In this document: piece after piece, positions 54,090 to 64,000 of the stretch
Layout: each line of letters starts with the position of its first letter
Position numbering within the stretch: the stretch's first letter is position 1
Assembly: GCA_024679065.1 (NCBI GenBank)
Contig: JAGIQG010000024.1
Coordinates: 22,506,001 to 22,570,000, forward strand
Length of the DNA stretch: 64,000 bases
DNA from: Sphyrna mokarran
Lineage: Eukaryota
Direction: 5' to 3'
Notes under the pieces: generated by a model
What the model saw: the letters and a program-made list of their open reading frames with translations, nothing else
Database searches by the model: none
Told to the model about the DNA's origin: nothing
Translations under genes and position numbers: made by a program

Positions 54090-55624
54090 AGTTACTTCCA
54101 GTAAATTTAGTTTTTGGAAGTGTTTCTTTCATCGTCCCAATATTTTAAACTAGACACTACTGCAAAGAAATATTCTTCCATCATAAAAAGAAATGAACAC
54201 TTCTAAAAGTGCAAGGAAGGAATTTTCCAGCTGTTTGCGCCACACTGTTGCAGCAAGTGTGGATGGAGTGCTTGGTATTCAGACAAATATCCATTCAACG
54301 CAGAGGGACCAGAAAATCCCGCTGGAGTGAACGGCTGGAAAATTTCATCAAAGTAAATTATTGATGATAAGAATTCCCTTCCTCATGTAAATGACCAACT
54401 GGGGATATTTCTGTTTCAAAAAAAAAGTCAGCCAAATTTTCCCGTTTCACTCACCATGGAAATCGGAATGGGCTAGGGGCGGACCATGGAGAGGTCCATT
54501 GACCTCAGGCAGGATTTTTCAGTTTCGGGGTCAAAAAAATCCCAGCATGTGTCAGTTACATGGCCTTGAGGTGATTTATTTCTGAAATAGAAGATTTTAT
54601 GAGTTGATTCATATCAGTGAGGGAGCTCTCCTTGTACGTTGCCCTTGTTCTCCAATGAGTTGAAGTGAGAGTTCATTCAAATAGGGCGCAGTAATTTTAG
54701 TCTGGCTGTGAGACATTGGCTCTTTGCAAGTGGGCAGGACAATAATAAATTCAATGAAACTGTTGGCATGTCAAGCAAACAAACTGATAACGCCACCCAC
54801 TTTCACCGTTGCAATATCCACAAAGTTCACAGGCCTGTCCCACAGCTTTGAACTTCGCTGCTTGACTTGTACAATTTATTACCTACTCACATTTGTAGAC
54901 CATTTCAAGACAACTAAAATTAGGTGGCTCAGTCTGGTGCAGAAGATTAGATCCAGAAGAAGGATGAATTGAAAATTCCCACATTAGCTGCAGAAGGAGA
55001 CCATTCGGCCCATTCAACCTGCACCAATAACAATCCCACCCAGGCCCTATCCCTGTAACCCCAGGTATTTACCCTGCTAATCCCCCTGACACTAAAGGGC
55101 AACTTATCATGGCCAATCCACCTAACCCGCACATCTTATTGTGATAACATTTTTAGCTTTAGGCATGAACGCAATTGCTACCCTGAGTGTTCCATTTCAG
55201 AACCACTCCTGATATTATGCTGTCACAGACCATGTTCAGGATCTGGTCCGTCTCCCCATTCATTTACAGCATGTTACGTATCTTTGAAATCTGTACTCTT
55301 TTCAAATGTCGCAGGAGCGTTTTTCAGTGAGGTTACTATGTCGGTTAAGCAGCAAAGTTGGAAGTGATCTAGTGATTGTGGTGAGCTACACCAATCTAAC
55401 ACTGAAGTCATTTCCAAACAAATGATGTATTATTCCCCAATAAGCAAACTAAATATTCAGCCACCATGTTTACCCAGTTTTATTTGGACTCAGTTTCTTA
55501 ATGTTAGATCATTTCTAAATGAGTGGCAGGCAACTGTCCTAAATCCAACAAAGCGGTCGTTTAAATCAGACTGTGAACTTGGACTTCAAATACAATTTCC
55601 CTTAAATGCTGAGGTCATCCTTAA

Positions 55625-55947
55625 ACAGCACCCACGACCACTTCCATCTAGAAGGGCAAGGGCAGCAGATTCATGGGAACGCCACATCTGCAAGTTCCTC
55701 TCCAAGCCATTCATCACCCTGACTTGGAAATATACTACCATTCCTTTACAATCGTTGGGTCAAAATCGTGGAATTCCCTCCATAATGGCATTGTGAGTCA
55801 ACCCACAGAACATGGACTGCAGCAATTCAAGAAGGCAGCTCACCATCACCTTCTCAAGGGCAACTAGGAATGGGCAATAAATGTTGGCCAGCCAACAACA
55901 CTCCCCCCTCCCCCCTCCCCCATGTCCCATGAATGAATAAAAAAAAT
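55625..55947 (+). mobile_element. LINE (CR1/L2 group) 3' end, candidate partner of family B SINEs
   Basis: ORF end SFTIVGSKSWNSLHNGIV...FKKAAHHHLLKGN*, then gggcaataaatgttggcc...catgaatgaataaaaaaa. Confidence 0.75.
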
Positions 55948-56894
55948 ACAGTTGGTATTCAAATGTTGGGTCCATAGTGACCACCTAAGCCTCACTAATG
56001 ATTAGTACTGACTGAGCAAAGTGATGTTTTGTGCCATTTGGTAGGACTCACAAAAGCCAATCGTTATCCTGCGGGATATGAAACAAAATGTAAAGATCTA
56101 TTGTGCTGTCGCTGCACAAACTTGTTCACTGAATCAGGTGTAATTTTTTAAAACAGTTGAAGGGCCTAGAGTGCAGCTGCAGAATATCAAACGGCAAGTT
56201 TAACTATCCATTTAAAAGTAGAACACTGATCAAGTGTGTGACAGAGCAAAGCGTGAGAGTATTTTTGAAAGTTGCCAATCACACCTCATTGTAAAAGGGT
56301 TTAGCATGTAACACACAGATACAAAGAAATGTTACTCTGAGTGTGATATATCGCTTTGAGGCGATGGTTATCATCTATGTTTTTCCGTTAAGAAACCACG
56401 CCTGCTGGTTTTTTTTAAAATACTGAGGTACAAAGTTGTGGTAGGAAGCTGCTTAACCCTTTGAACACTGTAATATCCTCTCATACCTAAATGCATTCTG
56501 CATATTACAGTGTGAACTGACAACGTGATAACAGAGTACAAGGAAAAACATTGTCCGCTTGTGTGAATTCTTGTTATCTGATTTAAAAATATTACTTTTA
56601 GACGTGCAAGGGAAAACGTCAGTGGGTGCATTCTGCAAAAGGCTTTACTAACTGAATCAGTCTTTGGAGATGAAACATTTCCTGGTGAACTCTCATTGTT
56701 GCAGCATTGATGAAACTGGACATGAACTAAAAATATAAACAGAAAACAAGCAAAATAAGAATGAATCCTTTGAGGGCTTCATGATATTTCTGTACTGGTT
56801 AGCTAGCATCTAAGCCGCTAGTTGAGTAGAAATAAAGGTGAGTTATCATCAAACTGTGTAACTCAACAATGGACAGATCATCACTATGCCTTGA

Positions 56895-57255
56895 ATAAGG
56901 GATGATCTAATGGAATTGCTTCAGGATTTTATGCATTAACAGACTCAATCGTGTTCAGAGAGGGAAATAAGGGAAAATAACATTAAAATTAGAGCGAGGC
57001 TTTTCAGGGATGATGCCAGAAAACAATTCATCACATACAGAGTAGTGGAAATATGGAACTGACTTCCTCAAAGAGCTGTTGAAATTGAAGTGGAGATGAT
57101 GGGACATGGGCAGGGAGGGGGGTGCATTCAAAGTCGCAAAACTGAGACTGATAGATTTTGTTAGACATGGATATTAAGGATAATTAGAGTTAGGGTACAG
57201 ATCAGCCACCTTCCAACTGAATGTTGGAACAGATTCAAGGATTGAATGACTGCCC
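56895..57255 (+). mobile_element. Highly decayed CR1-like 3' fragment
   Basis: tcacatacagagtagtggaaatatggaac; cagatcagccac...aagggattgaatga-type tail. Confidence 0.6.
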
Positions 57256-57459
57256 AAGTAAGGACCAGGTTGGGATTGAACAATGGTGTATTTATCTTTG
57301 CAATGTATTTATATATAATTTGCATAAGTGTACTCTGGTTTATTACAAGTCTTCAGATATAAATATAGAGCCCAACACACTTGGAAGTTTCATTTACACT
57401 CAAAAAAAATCACCCGATGAAAGAATAAGCTTGAGGCAGCAAAACAGTAAGCAGTATCA

Positions 57460-57596
57460 TCAGAACCACAGTGATACTGAACCTGCTCAGAACCACAGTG
57501 ATACTGAACCTGCTCAGAACCACAGTGATACTGAACCTGCTCAGAACCACAGTGATACTGAACCTGCTCAGAACCACAGTGATACTGAACCTGCTC
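57460..57596. repeat. Perfect tandem repeat, 5 x 27 bp (TCAGAACCACAGTGATACTGAACCTGC)
   Basis: Five identical units starting at 57460, 57487, 57514, 57541 and 57568, plus TC. Confidence 0.97.
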
Positions 57597-58147
57597 TGAT
57601 AGTTACTTTATAAGTAAATTTGTTGATTGCTTTAGTGGAAGGACTGAGTGACACACTGCACACCATAACATTCGGTGTATACTGCATACTCTTACGTAAC
57701 ACATATTCCTAACATTTTTGTAAACTTAGGTTCTTAGGTTACACACATCTTGGTATTGTATCTATTTTCCAATAATGTTTGATTCATAAAATCTATTCAA
57801 TTGTTCTGTGTTTCTATGCAGAATACTTAGCATTGTTACCCACTCATTTTTTGGAATTAATATATTTTTCTAATAGGGACTACAGTGAAGTATTTGGTAA
57901 TTAGGGCTGAGAATTTGGAGAAATTTGAACTTTATGGTTGGGACTTTCAGGCTGCACCCGTCCCAAAACGAGGAAATCCCACCCCAGCTAACTGAGCTTT
58001 CTATGGTCCGCCCTTCGCCTGCTATGATTCCCCTGGCGGGCAAAATGGGAAAACTTTGCCCCTACATTTAAGTTGGGAGTATTTTGGAGAGAGGGAGGGT
58101 GTTACACAACTTGGATTCCATCAATTTGAAATCTCAACTATGTTCCT

Positions 58148-58447
58148 TTAAGTTAAAGTTTATTTATTAGTCACAAGTAGGCTGACATTAACATTGCAAT
58201 GAAGTTACTGTGAAACTCCTCTAGTCACCACACTTCAGTGCCTATTCAGGGTACACTGAGGGAGACTTTAGTATAGCCGATACACGTAACCTGTACATCT
58301 TTGGACTGTACAAGGAAACAGAAGCACTCTGTGGAAACCCATGCAGACACAGGAAGAATGTGTAAACTCTACACAGGTCGTGACCCAAGCCGAGCATTGA
58401 ACTCAGGTCCTCGGTGCTGTGAGGCAGCAGTGCAAACCACTGTGCCA
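58148..58447 (-). mobile_element. V-SINE with alternative 3' tail
   Basis: As 15925-16225. Confidence 0.8.
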
Positions 58448-59134
58448 ATGGTGAGATCAAGGAAGGCCGACATACATAGCTTATTGTTCTCACGTTTAGA
58501 TATATCTGCCTCAGTCAGGCTCAGAGAAAATAGCTGTATTGTTTTGCCCAACCAGTGTCAGCTGAAAATATGGACACACCCCAACTATTGGGAAACTTAA
58601 CGCAAAAGCAACTAAATCACAGGAACTCATCTGCCATCATTAACACAAATAGAAACTCAACCCAAACCATCAATTAAAAATCAGGATTCCAACTCAACCA
58701 GGATAAAAACCAAAAACCAGCTAAAGCATTTCCATAGCACTAATCAAACTAATCATCAGTGATACTGCCACTTCCGTGGTAATGCAAAACAGCTTAAGGT
58801 GAACACTGATGTGAAATTGGCACTGTAACAAAGAAAAGTAGTCACACACTGACTCTGAAGTACACAACTAGGGTGACATAGTTTCTCCAAAAGATTTTAC
58901 AAACTATTTGGGCTTTTTTTTTCGCATAATGGCAAAAAAAGCTTCAAATTGATGTGAAAAGGTTGTACAAATCTGTTGGATTTCTGGGCACTGTATAAAC
59001 TTACAATCGAGCCTATTTGAAAAATTTCAGGAAGGCTGCCTATTATCCTGACGAATAGTTTTCCTCAAAACACCAGTACTAAAATCTATTTAACTAGTTA
59101 TTTGTGGCTTCATATTTGTGGGATTTTGCTGAAA

Positions 59135-59420
59135 TGGCACAGTGGCACTGTGGTTAATGCTGCCTCATAGCATCAGGGTTCCAGGCGACTGTCTGTGCAG
59201 AGTCTGCACATTCTTCCTGTGTGGATTAGGTGTGGGTTTCTTCTGAGTGCTCCACTTTCCTCCACACTCCAAAGATGTGTGGATTAGGTGGATTGGCCAT
59301 GGTAAATTGCCCCTTAGTGTCAGGGGGATTAGCAGAGTGAATAGGTGGGTCTGGGTGGAATTGTTGTTAGTACAGGCTTGACGGGCCGATTGGCCTCCTT
59401 CTGCACTGTGAGGATTATAT
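59135..59420 (+). mobile_element. HE1-like V-SINE, apparently inserted in an older Deu-type SINE remnant (about 59030-59530)
   Basis: Clear HE1; flanks read tgtgggattttgct ... aaatggctgctgc ... gtgctatacaaaagcaa. Confidence 0.65.
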
Positions 59421-61787
59421 AATTCTATGAATAAAATGGCTGCTGCACTGGCTACATAATGAATGAAGGTCCCTACACTTTTTACTGACCATTTGTAAGA
59501 TGTGGTAATGTGCTATACAAAAGCAACACTCTCTGTAATGATGTGCACATTGCAATTCACACTCTGCTCTCATTAATAAGAACATTGTTGCTATGCGTAG
59601 GTGTAAATATGTGAATGTGCATCTTTTTTCCAATGGGCAGAGTGAGAGGTATCAGTCGTACTTTGCACTTGATGGCTATCAACTTCAACTTGTTAGTGCT
59701 TTAGAAAGGGCGGCCTAAAACAAGTGCAGAACTAGCGAAACAATAACTGCTTAACACTCAACAAAAATACGTATTAGTCTAATAAACAATAATTTTAAAA
59801 GATGGGCTTATGATATTAAAACACCAGTAAAGTACTGCTTATATTTCAATCACTTCCCTTTACGTACAAACACCTATTCTGCTGAAGGGAATCAAATCAG
59901 ACTCGAGGAGAGAAAATATTCCAGTAAATTGTGCACGTGCAGGTTGCAATTTTATTAAAGACATAGATACATTCCAATGTGAAGTGTCCTAAATCAGTCC
60001 ATTTTGAACTTATCAAAGTAAGCCAGTTAAGATTTGAATTGCCACAGTACACCATCACCTCAGAGATATGTGTTAAAATCCAATGAGAAAATGGGGAAGA
60101 TGCTAGAGAGCTAAGACTCCTGCATGGGAGCATTAAAACATCAAGGCTGTTATCCTTCTGACTCAGTGAACAAAGTTTCAAAGCTCATAGAATTATTCTT
60201 TATCTTATTGTGTACCGATATTCCCAAAGATCATCATATAAGCATTCCATCCATTGCACGGTATCCACAGTTACGCCCATTATTCACTATGGTCTGGGTT
60301 CCAGCTGAATTTTTGTGGAGAATCCACATGTAAATACTAAATGTTCTTCAGATGTGTTTTAGAGACAACAAAAACGTCAACGATAGACTCATTAAAGTGA
60401 CCACTTTGATCATTACTCAGAGGCCGAGCATTCAAATCTTTAGTGATCATTTAGTTGGCTTTGAGCATATTGGCAAGATGAGTTCTTCATGTTTGTTTTT
60501 TATGATGGGGAGTTATTTTTTAGAAAAAAAATGAAACATGTACCTCAGTTTATTGCTTATAGTAACCCTCATCTGTTACCTTATCTTTATGTAGAGTGGT
60601 AGATGTGATGGAATCTGTCATCTGTGCCCCTGTACTCATAAGGTTGGAGCTCATATGATAGATACACATGATTGACAGGTTAGTGTTAAACGTAACCTAA
60701 ACAGTTATACCAAAGAAAGAAAGCCCCACTCTGTGCCATTTTAAAAATACCATATTGATGATGATTATGAGTTTATAAAGCTGTGGTTACTAATTCTATT
60801 TCATTATCCAGTCCAGATTTTTTATATTTGCATTCTGCAATCAGATTGGCACAATGAATAGGGAAATTATTAGGGAAGTTATGTCATTGTGGAGTAAACT
60901 TGGAGATTGAATAGTGGAATGTTTCCTTTCTCCCATCCCGTTTGACCTTGTGGTTTGGAGGCAGATGCTCCAATTCTTTGGAACAACATTAGAGAAACTA
61001 AGTCTGTACTCACTACTACTAAAACCAGGCCCACAGGGGTTCATAATCTCTCCTTTTATAAGTTTTGACGAACACGCATCCATCACACTTCAGATGCTGC
61101 ACTTTGTTGCAGATGTAAACTAAGCTGCTATACAGAGAGAAAGAGAGGCAGCTCCTTTCATGTCGGGCTCATCTAACCTGCAGCCAGAGTTACAAGATCT
61201 GACAATTACACTCTGATTGATCCCAGGAGTTTACCAACAGCTCCATCTAGCTGGCTTTGTCTATTTAGCTATCTTGTTTGAACAATGGCCTTAAATGAGG
61301 CAGACCACTTTAAACATCACAACCACATTCAAGGCCCCCCACTTACCCTCCCCACAAGCAACACCTAGGGAAATCTGTGATTGTAGGATTAAATGCACCA
61401 CCATATTTAATTGCATTTATCTTATTCCTCCAGATTTTTTATCTATCTGTTTTGAACTTTAAAAACTCAAAAGCTGGAGAACCTGTTCTCATCTGATCCA
61501 ATTTCTTACCCTGTACTTACTCGCAGTTCAAAGAACTACGTTGATATTTGATCGTGGATGGAGGCAAGACTGGAAGTATGACTGAAGCTTTGAGGGCCCC
61601 TTACTTGACCAGGCACACTCCACCTTCAGTTAAATGCCATCAGCTTCAGATGTGGGCAATAACAGATTTCACTCATTTAAATGCACCATATTTAATTTAC
61701 AGGTTAAGGTGGATAAACTACACATGTGATGCATGAATACCACTAGTTTAATTGAAATATTGGCTTAGATAAATGAGATAATTTATA

Positions 61788-62062
61788 AAGTTAAATTTTA
61801 TTTATTAGTCATAAATAAGGCTCACACTAACGCTGCAATGAAGTTATTGTGAAATTCCCCTGTGACAAGTACTAGGGGACACTCTGGCATCTGTTTGGGT
61901 CAACGCACCTAACCAGACTGTGGGAGGAAACTGGAGCACCTGGAGGAAACCCCCACAGCCATGGGGAAAAGGTGCAAGCTCTGCACTGACGGTGACCCAA
62001 GCCGGGAATCGAACCCAGGTCATTGCCACTGTGAAGCAGCAGTGCTAATCACTGTGCCACCC
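61788..62062 (-). mobile_element. V-SINE with alternative 3' tail
   Basis: As 15925-16225; B-box ggttcgattccc on the minus strand. Confidence 0.8.
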
Positions 62063-62479
62063 ATATTTTACCTTAACACTTGCATCATGTAGCATACATG
62101 AATCATTTTAATTTTGTGTGCAAAATGTTGAATTTCATGATGCGGTTTACCACAACCTTTCGTTGTTTTTAGCAAAGTAATATTAATAGACTTCAGTCTT
62201 CCAATCCATGGTTTGTGCTAAGAGATTTTGTTAATGGCAGATACCAAATGACATTCCCTTTGGTCTATGTCGCCTACAATACTGTGATAGATATTTCTTT
62301 AACAAAAGACAGTACCAAAGCTGTGCCTAATAACTTCCAAATGCTTCACATGCTGAGGGTCCCACATAAAGCACCAAGTGTAGATCATATGGTAAGCTTG
62401 AAGTGACTCCCTCCAGAAGTCTAACTCACCTTGTTTCTACATCTCCACATCAATCTGCAGCAGCATTTAGAATATTGGT

Positions 62480-62985
62480 AAAATCCTGGTCACCAGACTA
62501 CCAGAAGGATGTGGAGACTTTGGGGAGGATACAGAAGAGGTGTACCAGGATATTGCCTGGTCTGGAGCTATTAGCTATGTGGAAAGGTTGGAGAAACTTG
62601 GTTTGTTCTCACTGGAACAACGGAGGTATAAGAGGTATGGATAGAGTGGATAGTCAGATGGTCTTTCCTAGGGTAGAAAAGACAAGTACTAGGGGACATA
62701 GCTTTAAGGTGCAAGGGGAAAAGTTTAGAGGGGAAGTGCAAGGCAAGTTTTTTGCACAAAGTGTGGTGAATGTCTGGAATGCGCTGCTGGAGAGGAGGTG
62801 GGAGCAGGTATGATAACGGCATTTAAGGGGCAGCTAAACAAATACATGAATAGGATGGGAATGGAAGGATGCAGACTCCGTTAAGTGCATACGGTTTTAA
62901 TCTGGGCAGGCATCATGATCGGTGCAGGCTTGGAGGGTCAAAGGGCCTGTTCATCTGCAGTACTTTTCCTTGTTCTTTGTTCTGT
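62480..62985 (+). mobile_element. CR1/HER1-like LINE 3' fragment
   Basis: WSPDYQKDVETLGRIQKRCTRILPGL...TRGHSFKV...FFAQSVVNVWNAL. Confidence 0.85.
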
Positions 62986-63759
62986 GCAAAAGCCAAACTG
63001 CTTCTTTACAGTGTTACAACTGGGCTGTGAATGCATCGAAAATCTCAAATAATCTGGTGTATCTACATCGCAATGTGGTGAGATCTCAGTTGCACCTGGT
63101 GCAATGTCACCCACCCATCTAATACTCAGCAGCAGATCGCGACAACAGTTTTCTGTACGATTCTAACATTTCACATCGGCACACAGCAAAGCCTTCAAAT
63201 GTCACTGGCACCCAACCCACTGCATCTTTATTAAAACTAAATAAAGAGCTTCTATTTATTGGCACCAGTCATAAACTTCCCATCAGATTGTAAAACTGAA
63301 AAGGTACATAGTCAAGAATTTGTAAAAACCTAAATAGAATACATGTTGGCATCAATTTATCCTAAATTCCAGGTTGTAGATGGTAACCATCCATGGTTCA
63401 GAGTTTTAACAATAGTTACTTGCAGTGAAATATAAAATGATATATCAGTGTGTTAGGTACAATCCTACGCTGAGGACATTAACTATATCATGTGGTGCGA
63501 GTGGTCCTGCAAATGTTATGGGACTTATCTTTTAAATGGATATTTCTCCTAGTGTAATGGTTGCTTTATGGTACATTATGGTACCCAATTCTGATCTGAA
63601 GAAAAAATACTTTTACTTAGCACTTCATCATATTCTTAGAAAGCAGCAAAGTGTTTTGGAACCAGTAAATTTCCTCACACCGCCCATCCCCCTTGACCCC
63701 TACCTGAGTATAGTATTATTGTGTAGACAGACTTGGTGGCCAGTCTGCATTTAGCAAAG

Positions 63760-63995
63760 TGGCAAATGAATGAATAGTTAATCTGTTCAGGTGGTGTTGG
63801 GTGAGGGAGGAATGTTGGCCGGTACTCCAGGAGAATTGCCTGTTCTTCAAATAGTGTCATGAGATCAACTATGTAAATTCCAGCAGGCAAATAAGGTCTG
63901 CATTTAATATCCTATTTCTGACATTGTATCGCTCCCTCTGTTGTCCAGAACATATCCTCAATTCTCTGAGTGAGACTTGAACTCATACTCTTCAA
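63760..63995 (-). mobile_element. DeuSINE-like remnant (SacSINE1/AmnSINE1 Deu domain)
   Basis: Minus strand reads gatctcatgacactatttgaagaacaggcaattctcctggagtaccggccaacattcctccctcacccaacaccac, resembling the Deu core as I recall it; B-box-like gagttcaagtc toward the head. Confidence 0.6.
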
Positions 63996-64000
63996 GGTCA

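Noticed and set aside
57460-57596. CRISPR-like array
   Set aside because: The units are directly adjacent with no unique spacers; eukaryotic intron, no cas genes.
57221-57613. 130-aa ORF with QNHSDTEPA repeats
   Set aside because: It is open only because the 27-bp unit is a multiple of 3 without stops; it begins in a decayed LINE and has no exon support.

Overview
Vertebrate (eukaryotic) genomic DNA, most likely from a shark or other elasmobranch, judged by the abundant HE1-type V-SINEs and CR1/HER1-like LINEs. The only supportable host gene is a + strand RUNX transcription factor, best matching RUNX3. It has a proximal (P2) promoter near 39.8-40.0 kb and three coding exons with canonical RUNX phases (40815-41084, 42708-42864, 49507-49611) that together encode the MRIPV N-terminus and the Runt domain. 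I did not find the distal P1 exon (MASNS) or the downstream exons in this window. The rest is intronic or intergenic and dense in decayed transposons: several tRNA-derived SINE families, CR1, L2 and Rex1/Babar-like LINEs, 3-bp-TSD MITEs, a probable hAT element and Penelope-like remnants. A CpG-rich, transposon-poor zone surrounds P2 and the Runt exons. Nearly all ORF-track entries are spurious or TE-derived. No new system is proven. The most striking unexplained structure is a perfect 5x27-bp intronic array (57460-57596) in which every unit carries a RUNX consensus site, inside the RUNX3 gene itself. Repeat boundaries are by eye and approximate unless target-site duplications are quoted.
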